A program made the position numbers and the translations under genes. A DNA stretch of 64,000 nucleotides, taken from positions 16,548-80,547 of the forward strand of contig DATBJF010000060.1 in the NCBI GenBank assembly GCA_036556545.1, in the 5' to 3' direction. Under the pieces are notes generated by a model. It had not been told where the DNA came from. It ran no database searches and worked only from the letters and a program-made list of their open reading frames with translations. Below are positions 1 through 8,370 of this stretch, in pieces. Within the stretch, counting starts at the first letter, position 1, and the number at the start of each line of letters is the position of its first letter. The DNA is from Candidatus Methylomirabilota bacterium (GTDB lineage Bacteria; Methylomirabilota; Methylomirabilia; Rokubacteriales; CSP1-6).

Positions 1-543
1 AATCACCTTGTTGTGCCACAGGCCGACCGTTTCCAGCTCCCGGGCCGCATGGGCCGCCACGGCAATCAGCAGATTCGTGGAGGTGAACAGCTTTCGGAGA
101 ACGTCGGCCTTGTCGCTCGACTCTCGCACGAGGGCCTCGAACGTCGATCCGCCGTGGACGATGACGGCCGTGGGTGTGAGCCGATCGGGGATGGCCGGGA
201 GGTGCCAGACGAAGCTTTCACGGCCGATCAAGACGACGTCGGGCCGCAGACGGCGGCAGGCGTCGGGCAACAGCCGGGACAGCCCCTGACGCTCGGCCCT
301 GACGTAGTCGTCGTTGAGAGCCAGGCCGGGAACGATGTCGAAGAACGGCACCGGGTAGCGGCGCACCTCGATGGCGGGATTCTCGGCGGCGAACGTGTCC
401 GGTTGAGACAGCGCCGACGCCGCCATCGGCGCGACCGCGACGACGCGGTGCCCACGTCGGGCCAGTGCGGGAACGATCTGAGCCGCCACGAAGGCCGTGC
501 CGCCCGGGTGCGGCGGTAGCGTGCCAAAGTAGAGAACGCGCAT
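1..543 (-). CDS. Glycosyltransferase family 4, N-terminal part (3' end lies beyond window edge)
   Basis: Frame absent from the ORF track because it has no stop inside the window. My translation from ATG 543..541 reads MRVLYFGTLPPHPGGTAFVAAQIVPALARRGHRVVAVAPMAAS... and stays open to position 1. The N-terminus is a paralogue of the adjacent GT4 (LRALYVGPLPPARGGSEVVG). Confidence 0.7.
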   Translation of the reverse strand, partial: MRVLYFGTLPPHPGGTAFVAAQIVPALARRGHRVVAVAPMAASALSQPDTFAAENPAIEVRRYPVPFFDIVPGLALNDDYVRAERQGLSRLLPDACRRLRPDVVLIGRESFVWHLPAIPDRLTPTAVIVHGGSTFEALVRESSDKADVLRKLFTSTNLLIAVAAHAARELETVGLWHNKVI

Positions 544-560
544 AGGTCACCCTTCGCAAT

Positions 561-1850
561 TCACTCCCGCGAGGAGGGGATGGCATCACCGCCCCGGCAA
601 AGTGCGTCGCCGTCGATATCGGCGCTCGCGGGCGCCCCCGGCACGTCCGGGCCGCGACGACGCTCGGCAAGACCGGCCAGCAGCTCCGCGTAGGCACCCG
701 CCACGCGATGACTCGCGTGGACGGCAACCGCGGCCTGGGCCTTGATGCCGATCGCCGCTCGCAGCGCCGGATGGGCTGCCGCGACCACGAGCTTGCGAGC
801 GAGGTCGGCGACCTGACCTCGCTCGAAGAGCAATCCTGTTTCACCGTCGGTGATGACTTCGCGGGCGGCCGGAATGTCACTGGCCACGATGAGCTTCCCG
901 CAGGCCTGGGCCTCCAGATAGACGAGCGACTGTCCTTCCCGCTCGGAGGGCATGACGACGACGTCGGCCAGGTTGATGTAGTCGGGCACACGCCAGTGAT
1001 CGATCCACCCGACGAATCGGAAGCGGCGCTGGGCCCCGGCCGCCGCCACCCGCCGCTCCAGAGCCGGCCGAAGCGGGCCATCGCCCACGACGATGTAGAG
1101 CAGCCGGTCGTCCATGCGGGACGCGAGCTCGGCGGCGTACACGAGGTCCAGCGGGCGCTTCAGCTCCCCCAGGTTGGACAGGTGCAGGACGACCGTGCTT
1201 TGCGGTGGAATGCCGAGCGCCCGCGTCAGCGCCGCCGACGGAGCCCGCCGCGTGAACAGCCGCGTGTCGACGGGATTGGGAATCACGGAGACCCGCGTGA
1301 GCCCGAGCTCGCGCAAAGCGCGACTGACGTGCTGCGCGACGGCCACCACCACGTCGACCTTGCGCAGCTGCGCCAGCAGCGCGGCCGCGGAAAACGCTTC
1401 GTGGCCGCCGAGCAGGCCGTGAAGCGTCTGTCCGCCGTGGACGATCGCGACGGTCGGGATGCCGTGCTCCAGGGCGATGTCGGGGACGTGCCAGCCGAGC
1501 GACTCACGGCCGATGATGACGACGTCCGGCCGGGTCGCACGAAGGATGCCCGGCAGCATCGCCGCGATCCGCCCGCCTTCGGCGGCGCGATAGCCCGGGT
1601 CGCTGGAGCCCATCTCCAGCATGCTCGACGGCGTGGGAACGTCATAGCGGGTGACGCCGAGCTCGCCATCCAGGCGTCGATATTCCGCCGAGACCGCCGC
1701 CCCGCGCAGCGCGCGGGGCAGCGCCGCCAGCGCGGACACGGCGACACCGCGCGCGCGAAGCTCGCGCAGGAGCACCATGCCGACGACCTCGCTTCCGCCG
1801 CGCGCCGGCGGCAACGGCCCGACGTACAGTGCGCGCAGCCGGCGGGTCAC
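561..1850 (-). CDS. Glycosyltransferase family 4
   Basis: C-terminal GT4 signature VVMPSEREGQSLVYLEAQACGKLIVASDIPAAREVITDGETGLLF (E-x7-E). Start placed at GTG 1850..1848 (VTRRLRALYVGPLPPARGG), overlapping the upstream TGA as GTGA. The rest of the 722-aa track ORF upstream is Arg-rich read-through. Confidence 0.85.
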   Translation of the reverse strand: MTRRLRALYVGPLPPARGGSEVVGMVLLRELRARGVAVSALAALPRALRGAAVSAEYRRLDGELGVTRYDVPTPSSMLEMGSSDPGYRAAEGGRIAAMLPGILRATRPDVVIIGRESLGWHVPDIALEHGIPTVAIVHGGQTLHGLLGGHEAFSAAALLAQLRKVDVVVAVAQHVSRALRELGLTRVSVIPNPVDTRLFTRRAPSAALTRALGIPPQSTVVLHLSNLGELKRPLDLVYAAELASRMDDRLLYIVVGDGPLRPALERRVAAAGAQRRFRFVGWIDHWRVPDYINLADVVVMPSEREGQSLVYLEAQACGKLIVASDIPAAREVITDGETGLLFERGQVADLARKLVVAAAHPALRAAIGIKAQAAVAVHASHRVAGAYAELLAGLAERRRGPDVPGAPASADIDGDALCRGGDAIPSSRE

Positions 1851-2983
1851 CGTCGCGTCACCGGCGAAGGGATCATGGCCTCGCAGACCTGCGAGAGCCA
1901 GGCGTGATCGGCGGTCGGGCCGGCGCCGAGGTCGCACACGTACGTGCTCGTGGCGGCCAGCAGCGACTCGGTGGTGGTCCGCGCCATCGGGCCGACGGCG
2001 CCGGGGACGGTCGAGTCGCTCATGAACAAGGCCGTGGCGTCGTGCGGGGAAAACAAGGCCGCCGCGAGAGCCGCGCGCGCGTCCGGCTTCGCCAGCTCGT
2101 GCACGGTGATCTGATGGCGTTGGGTCAGGAACCGCGGAAACACGATCGCGGCCGCCGTCGCCCGGATTCCCGCGGCGGCGCCGAACACGTCGCAGAACTG
2201 GATCGGCGTGAGGCTCCAGGCTTCCGCCGGCGCCCTCGGCGCCGCCAGGCCGTCTCGCCGCGTCTCCTCGAGCGTCCGCCGGTAGTCGTAGCGCGAGCGC
2301 AGCAGGCGAGCGTCGAGATCCGGAAAGCGCGGCGTCGTCGACACGCGGACGCTGACGATGGTCGGCATCCCGCGCACCACGGCGCCGTCGGAGCCGACAC
2401 GGATCGCCAGGCGATCGTTGGCGATGAACCGCGCGCGGCCGCTCTCGAGCGCATGCATCAGCAGCGTCGTCTTCCCTGCCCGCTTGGGACCGGCGACGAT
2501 GACCGCCCCGTCGTCGACGATGAACCCGGCCGCGTGCACGAGCATCCACCCGGCGCGCTGGAGGTGAACCATGACCAGCTCGCGCACCACGCGCATCACC
2601 GCGACGCGCGTGCTGCCGACGGCCGCGCGCGCGACGACGTGCGTTCGGCCTCGGGTCCGGTCGCGGCGATAGAACGCCCCCAGCTGTCGATCGAGCACGA
2701 CCAGCTCGCCGTCCTCGGCACCGTTCCACAGCGGCAGCTCCACGAGCCCGCGGTCGAACATGAAGCAGCCGGCGACGCGGCCGTCCGGGCTCGGGCCACG
2801 GTCATACATGCGGTCGAACTCGGCGGCGTCGATCTGGAGGCTCACGAGCTCCTCGACGTCGGCCACCGGGTCCCGGACGGCGAACGCGGGGGCGAGAAAC
2901 TCGGCCAGCCACGCGACGATGGACGCATCGGGAGCGGCCACCCGGATCGCGCAGTCCTCGTAGTGGAAGTCCCGCGCGGTCAT
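1847..2983 (-). CDS. HPr kinase/phosphorylase-like P-loop protein (HprK-related)
   Basis: Core LVHAAGFIVDDGAVIVAGPKRAGKTTLLMHALESGRARFIANDRLAI resembles the HprK C-terminal domain (Walker A followed by an acidic pair). Start ATG 2983..2981 (MTARDFHYEDCAIRV), 4 nt after the upstream TAG. Confidence 0.6.
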   Translation of the reverse strand: MTARDFHYEDCAIRVAAPDASIVAWLAEFLAPAFAVRDPVADVEELVSLQIDAAEFDRMYDRGPSPDGRVAGCFMFDRGLVELPLWNGAEDGELVVLDRQLGAFYRRDRTRGRTHVVARAAVGSTRVAVMRVVRELVMVHLQRAGWMLVHAAGFIVDDGAVIVAGPKRAGKTTLLMHALESGRARFIANDRLAIRVGSDGAVVRGMPTIVSVRVSTTPRFPDLDARLLRSRYDYRRTLEETRRDGLAAPRAPAEAWSLTPIQFCDVFGAAAGIRATAAAIVFPRFLTQRHQITVHELAKPDARAALAAALFSPHDATALFMSDSTVPGAVGPMARTTTESLLAATSTYVCDLGAGPTADHAWLSQVCEAMIPSPVTRR

Positions 2984-2987
2984 GCCG

Positions 2988-3881
2988 CTATCCCGCGACC
3001 GCCGGTCGAAGGCTTCCGGCGCGGCGGCCGCCGAGTAGCCCGCGGAGACGCGCGACCGGGCGGCGCACCCCGGGGACGCCGACGCGCAGTCGAAACGCTG
3101 CCGCATCGACCAGCACGAGGATCGCCCAGTGGACGAAATGATCCCGAAAGCTGCGCCACGGCGCCGAGTCGCCATAGCCCTCGGCGTAGACGGCGTGCTG
3201 GCGCGCGCTCATGGGCCAGCGATGCCACGTCCGCGCCAGGTCGTAGCCGTACGCATCGATGCGGATGCTGTCGTTGTCGACCACCACCAGACGTCCGGAC
3301 GGATCCTCGACGATGTTCTCCGCGCAGAGATCGCCGTGGCACAAACCGGTGGTGACGGTCGTCGGCGCGTGGTCGTCGGCGAGCCGGTGGGCGAACGCGG
3401 CCTCGGCTCCATCGAGCGCGCCGGCGCGCACGAGCTCGCCGAGCCGCTCGGCGAGCCTGGTTCGCCGCTCGGCCGGTGACCGGCGCCACACGACGGCGTC
3501 CGGCGCGGGCGTTCGATGAATCGACGCATGCAGCCGGCCGACGAACCGAATCACGTCGACCGCGCAGTGGGCGGGCCGGAGCCGGGTGCCGTCGATCCAC
3601 TCCGTCAGGAGCGCGCGGCCCCGACGCACGCGCACGGCGGGGAAGAATCGACCGTCCAGGAGACGGGACAAGGTCTCGATGCGGTCCGCGTCGCCGATCG
3701 TCTCCGCGCGCCGGCCCTTGAGGACGCGCCCGTCGGCGAATCGCAACCGGAAGCAGGCACGGTCCGACTTCGGCGTCGGAAGCGTCGTCACCAGTCGGGC
3801 CGCGACGAGCGGGACGCCGACCTGCTGGACGAGCGCCCACAGGTCCTCGCCGAGGCGCTGCTCGATGTCAGACGATCCCAC
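2988..3881 (-). CDS. Aminoglycoside/choline-kinase-like phosphotransferase (protein-kinase-like fold)
   Basis: Motifs GLCHGDLCAENIVED (HGD-x4-N) and LVVVDNDSIRIDAYGYDLA. Start uncertain; GTG 3881..3879 (VGSSDIEQRLGEDLW) chosen, which overlaps the upstream stop by 14 nt. Confidence 0.65.
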   Translation of the reverse strand: MGSSDIEQRLGEDLWALVQQVGVPLVAARLVTTLPTPKSDRACFRLRFADGRVLKGRRAETIGDADRIETLSRLLDGRFFPAVRVRRGRALLTEWIDGTRLRPAHCAVDVIRFVGRLHASIHRTPAPDAVVWRRSPAERRTRLAERLGELVRAGALDGAEAAFAHRLADDHAPTTVTTGLCHGDLCAENIVEDPSGRLVVVDNDSIRIDAYGYDLARTWHRWPMSARQHAVYAEGYGDSAPWRSFRDHFVHWAILVLVDAAAFRLRVGVPGVRRPVARLRGLLGGRRAGSLRPAVAG

Positions 3882-5016
3882 GGAAGGCCCCCGCGATGGC
3901 GCGCGCGTACGTCGCAATCCGGTGATCCCACGTGTGATGGGCGAGGACGTACGCGATCGCCGCCTCCCGGTCCCAGGGGCGGCGAGCGGCGGTCTCCACC
4001 ATGTCGGCGAAGGTTGGATCGTCGTCAAAGGGGGCGACGAGACCGCAGCCGGAGGCCACCAGGACGTCGTTGTTCGGCACCGGCTCCTCGCTCACGACGG
4101 GCAGTCCGCTTCGCAGGTAGTAGAAGATCTTGCTGCTTTCGTTCTGCTGGATCGGCCCCTGGGCGAGGACGAGACCGACGTCGGCGAAATACTGGTAGTC
4201 CCAGATATCGTCGTGCGCGATCGGGCCGATGTTCACGACGGCGGCCGGGTCGAGGCGATCGGTGGCGCCGGGGCCGATGAAGGCCAGCGTGATTCCGCGG
4301 CGGCGCAGGAGTCGGCCCAGGCTGTTCAGGCGCTCTTGCCAGAGCAGGTTGATGTGCCGCTGCATGGTCAGGTAGAGATGGCCGATGTAGACGGCGATCG
4401 GTCCCGTGATGCCCAGCGCGCGATACGGGTTGCGCCGTGGCCCGGGAATCACGCGCTCGACGCCGGTGGGCACGAGCAGCAGGCGCGAGGGATCCGTCCG
4501 GAACTCCCGGTGCCACAGCGTGCGGTTCGGATCGCTCGAGAACGAGACGTAGCGGCTGGCGCGATCGATGCGGCGCTGGGTCTCGTAGAGCGCCTCGCGC
4601 TCGGCTCCGAAGAAGTGGACGCCCGGGGCGCCGTCCCGGCCGCCGACCACGGAGGCGAGCCGGCTGATGATGAAGGGGTGCGACGCACCGCCCGCCTGGC
4701 TCAGCTCCTGGAAGCCTCGCTGGTAGAGCGTCTTGACGACGTCATAGGCCGACCAGTCGGCGTCCGTGATGGGCACGTAGCCGAGGTTCGGGTGGCGGCG
4801 TGCGAGCTGGGCGCCGACCCCGACCATCATGTCGACTCGAAATCCCGCGCGCGCCAGCGCCTCCGAGACGCGCATCCAGCGGACGGTATCCATGGCCTGG
4901 ATGTCACCGTCGCGGAGCGGCAGTGGCTTGCACACGGTGGCGATCCGGATGCCGCCGCCCTCGACGCCGAGGTCGCTCCCCGGCGCGGTCGTCACCTGGT
5001 CGCGCGATGTGAGCAT
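3868..5016 (-). CDS. Glycosyltransferase-like protein (GT-B fold, family unassigned)
   Basis: N-terminus IRIATVCKPLP...RWMRVSEALARAGFRVDMMV looks like a GT-B beta1/alpha1. C-terminal YYLRSGLPVVSEEPVPNNDVLVASGCGLV resembles the nucleotide-sugar half of GT1/GT4 enzymes. First gene of the coupled cassette. Confidence 0.5.
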   Translation of the reverse strand: MLTSRDQVTTAPGSDLGVEGGGIRIATVCKPLPLRDGDIQAMDTVRWMRVSEALARAGFRVDMMVGVGAQLARRHPNLGYVPITDADWSAYDVVKTLYQRGFQELSQAGGASHPFIISRLASVVGGRDGAPGVHFFGAEREALYETQRRIDRASRYVSFSSDPNRTLWHREFRTDPSRLLLVPTGVERVIPGPRRNPYRALGITGPIAVYIGHLYLTMQRHINLLWQERLNSLGRLLRRRGITLAFIGPGATDRLDPAAVVNIGPIAHDDIWDYQYFADVGLVLAQGPIQQNESSKIFYYLRSGLPVVSEEPVPNNDVLVASGCGLVAPFDDDPTFADMVETAARRPWDREAAIAYVLAHHTWDHRIATYARAIAGAFRGIV

Positions 5017-5156
5017 TCACGTGACTGTGGTGGAAGGCGGGAGGGCCGGTCAATGTACCGCCGGGAATAGACGTGCCGACACCTTCAGGTGTGGATCGCG
5101 GCGTGCTATCGTCCTCCGATTCGGATCGGAAGTCCTCTGGAGAGGGAGATTGCGCT

Positions 5157-5753
5157 ATGACGGTGCGAGACGTCCTCAGGTCGATTCCGGGCACGGTCCC
5201 CGTCGTCCGGTATCTGCGGACGGTCGGACGCCCGGCGCCTCCGCATCGATACTGGGAAAAGCGAAAGCATTTTCGCTATTACGCGGAGGTGCTGCGACTG
5301 GCCCGGCGCTACGGTCCCGACGCGCGCTCGGTGCTCGACGTCGGATCGATGCACAGCCCGTTCATTCTGCAGTTCGACTGGATCGCGGAGAAAACCAGCC
5401 TCGACGTCCGTCCGGGCGCCCGCCTCCGCGGCTGCACGTGCCTCCAGGGTGATTTCCTCACCTACGACGTCCCCGGGCCCTTCGACCTCGTCGTCTGCCT
5501 GCAAGTGCTCGAGCATCTCGAGGCGCCGACACCATTCGTTCAGAAGCTCCTCGACACCGGCGCCACCGTCATCGTCTCGGTGCCGTACCGCTGGCCGCAC
5601 GGCAAGTCGCCGAACCACGTGCAGGATCCCGTGGACGAGGCCAAGCTCCGCCGATGGGCGGGGCGCGACTGGGTCGAGCAGCAGGTCGTCCGGGAGAGCG
5701 ACGGAACCGAGCGACTCGTGGTCGTGTTCCGGAGCGCGGCCACGCCGCGTTAG
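5157..5753 (+). CDS. Class I SAM-dependent methyltransferase
   Basis: Motif I VLDVGSMHSP and FDLVVCLQVLEHLEAP. ATG 5157 is preceded by GGAGAGGGAG (5139-5148). The longer track ORF from 5073 lacks a ribosome-binding site. Confidence 0.75.
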   Translation: MTVRDVLRSIPGTVPVVRYLRTVGRPAPPHRYWEKRKHFRYYAEVLRLARRYGPDARSVLDVGSMHSPFILQFDWIAEKTSLDVRPGARLRGCTCLQGDFLTYDVPGPFDLVVCLQVLEHLEAPTPFVQKLLDTGATVIVSVPYRWPHGKSPNHVQDPVDEAKLRRWAGRDWVEQQVVRESDGTERLVVVFRSAATPR

Positions 5754-6838
5754 GAGCGCCGCGGGCGGGCCGTCAGCGTGCGGATCCCGTCGCGGATCGG
5801 ACGCAGCCCGGGCACGACGCGCAACCACCAGTACGGGTGCAGCTTGTCGCGCCAGTCCTCGCGGAGGTGGAAGTACATGCGCGCGCCGCGAACACGGCCG
5901 CCCGGTGGACTGCTGCGATCGTCGAAGAGCGCCTCTTCCTCCTGCCGCACCAGCGCGTTGACGCGGCGATGCGCTCCCCACGCGGGGAGCCCTGACGAGG
6001 GAAGCCGCAGCACCGACCGCGCCAGGCCCAGCCCGAACTCCACGAGCCGTCGGATCCGCAGGAACGCCGCCTCGTCGGCGATCCGGCTCCAGTCCAGGCT
6101 CGGGCCGCTCCGCATGACCTGGCCGATGTCGCAGATCTTCGCCAGCCGCGTACGGCCTAGCCAGCCGTCACGCCCCGCCTGCAGGCAGAGCGCGATGAAG
6201 AGGTCGGCCGCGGAAAGCGTCTGGACCGGGTGTCCGTCGAGCGACACCGTGATGCGCCGACTCCACAGTCGATCGAAGGGCAGCGGCGCCGGAAACGCGC
6301 GCGAGCTGAGCTCTCGATGGAGATCGATCGTCGAGCCGTGGTCCTGATGGACGAACTTCACCTCGTAGCCGAAGTCCTTGCGCGGGCGATAGCCCAGCGT
6401 ACCGAGGAGCTGCTCGGCACGGCCGGACTGCGCCGGGTCGACAAGCAGATCCAGATCGTCGAACTGCCGCGCCGTGAGGGAGCCGTACACCTCGGTCGCG
6501 AGCACGGGGCCCTTGAACGGCATGAGCGCGACGCCGTCCCGCCCGGCCCGCTCCACGACCCGGATCAGCTCACCGGCGAGACGGCGGGCGCGCGTCGCGC
6601 TCTCGTCGAACCGGAGCTGAAGCGATTCGGCTCGATCCGGGGACAGCTGCGGCGCCCGCTCCCGGACGAGGAGACGATGCAGGAGCGGCACCACCTGATG
6701 GTACCGCGCGATCCGGAGCGCGTAGTCCCAATCGCTGACGGCGGCCAGCCGCGCGTTCAGATCGGCGCCCTCCGTCACGTCGACACTGCGCCTGACGCAG
6801 GCGAGGACCAGCGCTTCTTCCGGACGGAGGGGCGTCAC
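5750..6838 (-). CDS. Nucleotidyltransferase family protein (NTP_transf_5-like)
   Basis: LVLACVRRS...DWDYALRIARYHQVVPLLHRLL N-terminus and the segment ALMPFKGPVLATEVYGSLTARQFDDLDLLVDP (G-x-S...D-x-D nucleotidyltransferase-fold pattern). Start uncertain: GTG 6838 chosen. The in-frame extension to 7009 is Arg-rich. Confidence 0.55.
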   Translation of the reverse strand: MTPLRPEEALVLACVRRSVDVTEGADLNARLAAVSDWDYALRIARYHQVVPLLHRLLVRERAPQLSPDRAESLQLRFDESATRARRLAGELIRVVERAGRDGVALMPFKGPVLATEVYGSLTARQFDDLDLLVDPAQSGRAEQLLGTLGYRPRKDFGYEVKFVHQDHGSTIDLHRELSSRAFPAPLPFDRLWSRRITVSLDGHPVQTLSAADLFIALCLQAGRDGWLGRTRLAKICDIGQVMRSGPSLDWSRIADEAAFLRIRRLVEFGLGLARSVLRLPSSGLPAWGAHRRVNALVRQEEEALFDDRSSPPGGRVRGARMYFHLREDWRDKLHPYWWLRVVPGLRPIRDGIRTLTARPRRS

Positions 6839-7032
6839 GCAGCGAGTGTAACGGACGGCGGCGAAACCGCGGACAAGAACCCGTCCGCCCCGGCATTCTT
6901 CGCGCCCGGAGTACAATCGCGCACAACGCACGCTGGCGTCGAGCCTCCCGGAACTCCGGATCACCAGCGCCTGACGCGGTGCACGAGCGCCGTGCGGTCG
7001 TCCCATCACGTCATTCGTGAGGTCCGAGTACG

Positions 7033-8370
7033 ATGGACAATGTCTGGATCGAAGTCACGCTCGTCGTGGTCGCCATCGTCGTCAACGGCTTCTTTTCCGG
7101 CTCGGAGATCGCGCTCGTCTCGGCCCGGATCGCGCGACTCGTCGAGCTCCGTCGCGCGGGAGCGCGCGGGGCCGCCACCGCGCTGGCACTGAAGGAGTCC
7201 CCGGAGTCGTTCCTGGCCACGATCCAGATCGCCATCACGCTGGTCGGCGCGCTCGCCTCGGCCGTGGGCGGCGCGGCCGCCATCGAGCGCCTGACGCCCG
7301 TGCTGGCCGCGCTTCCCGTGCCCGGGGCGACGACGTGGGCGCAGCCGGTGTCGCTCGGCATCGTCATCCTCGTCATCACGTACTTGTCGCTCGTCGTCGG
7401 CGAGCTGACGCCCAAGGCGATCGCGCTCCGGAACCCCGAGCGGATCTCCTGCGTCGTGGCGCCGGTGCTCGCCGCGCTCAACCGTGCGGCGGGCTGGCTG
7501 GTGGCCATCCTGACCGCCTCGACCAACGCGCTGCTGGCCGGTCTCGGCCAGGGCCGCGCGCAGCAGTCGCCGTTCATCTCCGAGGAGGAGGTCAAATACC
7601 TCGTTCGCGAGGGCGCGGCCAAGGGCGTGTTCGAGAAGGTCGAGGAGGAGCTCGTCCACAACGCGTTCGAGTTCGCGGATACGACGGTGCGGGAAATCAT
7701 GGTGCCGCGCCCGAGCATCGTCGGCATCGACATCGACACGCCGTCCGCCGAGTTGCTGCGCCGCATCGCCGACGTGGGGCATTCGCGCATACCCGTCTTC
7801 CGCGACTCCGTCGAGCATGTCACCGGCATCGTCACCGTGCGCGACCTCTTCCGGCGGGTCGCGCGCGGCGAGCCCGTGGCCCTCGCCGAGCTCCTCCGCC
7901 CGCCGCACTTCATCCCGGAGTCCGCGCGCATCAGCGCGGCGCTGCGTGAGTTCCAGCGCACCCGCCAATACCTGGCCCTCGTGGTCGACGAGTACGGCAG
8001 CGTGGTCGGCCTCGTGACGCTGGAAGACGTGCTGGAGGAGATCGTCGGGGAGATCCGGGAAGAGGGTGAGGCCATCCCCGCCTTCGTGACGCGGCTCACG
8101 GAGCGGTCGTTCGTCGTCGAGGGCATCGCGCCCATCCGTGACGTCCGTCAGCGGCTCGGCATCTCGCTGCCGGACTCACCCGATTACACGACCGTGGCCG
8201 GCTTCGTCACGCACACGCTCGGCGAGATCCCCCAGGTGGGAACGACGGTGACGCTCGGCAATCACCGCTGGACGGTGATCGAGGTCGACGGCCCGCGCGT
8301 GAAGCGACTCAAGGTGGAGCTGTTACCCGGCGAGCGCCGCGTCACCGATGGACGTTCACCAAGAGGTTGA
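7033..8370 (+). CDS. Hemolysin-family / CNNM transporter (DUF21 - CBS pair - CorC_HlyC)
   Basis: N-terminal DUF21 membrane domain (VNGFFSGSEIALVSAR, LVVGELTPKAIAL), CBS pair (VREIMVPRPSIVGID...HSRIPVF...GIVTVRDL) and C-terminal transporter-associated domain. Confidence 0.9.
   Translation: MDNVWIEVTLVVVAIVVNGFFSGSEIALVSARIARLVELRRAGARGAATALALKESPESFLATIQIAITLVGALASAVGGAAAIERLTPVLAALPVPGATTWAQPVSLGIVILVITYLSLVVGELTPKAIALRNPERISCVVAPVLAALNRAAGWLVAILTASTNALLAGLGQGRAQQSPFISEEEVKYLVREGAAKGVFEKVEEELVHNAFEFADTTVREIMVPRPSIVGIDIDTPSAELLRRIADVGHSRIPVFRDSVEHVTGIVTVRDLFRRVARGEPVALAELLRPPHFIPESARISAALREFQRTRQYLALVVDEYGSVVGLVTLEDVLEEIVGEIREEGEAIPAFVTRLTERSFVVEGIAPIRDVRQRLGISLPDSPDYTTVAGFVTHTLGEIPQVGTTVTLGNHRWTVIEVDGPRVKRLKVELLPGERRVTDGRSPRG

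Noticed and set aside
3665-3679. Near-copies of the box inside coding regions: GGACAAGGTCTCGAT (3665-3679), GGACCAAAGGTAAT (42534-42547), and CCAAGGTCT within 27955-27972.
   Set aside because: Each carries an indel or two mismatches in the core and lies deep inside a CDS, where AAG-GTC (Lys-Val) codons explain it. I treat them as chance. They are listed so that a proper genome-wide scan can revisit them.
4904-5194. 96-aa minus-strand ORF upstream of, and overlapping, the cassette, considered as a possible RiPP precursor or PqqD-like gene.
   Set aside because: It overlaps the N-terminal beta1/alpha1 region of the GT-like gene (IRIATVCKPLP...), which must be coding. It also overlaps the methyltransferase start on the other strand. 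Its composition is Pro/Arg/Ser-rich and it has no ribosome-binding site.
6839-7009. 57-codon N-terminal extension of the nucleotidyltransferase ORF.
   Set aside because: The sequence is Arg-rich (MMGRPHGARAPRQALVIRSSGRLDASVRCARLYSGREECRGG...) and has no counterpart in what I recall of the family's N-terminus. The GTG at 6838 starts exactly at the family-like LRPEEALVLACVRRS segment. The start remains uncertain.
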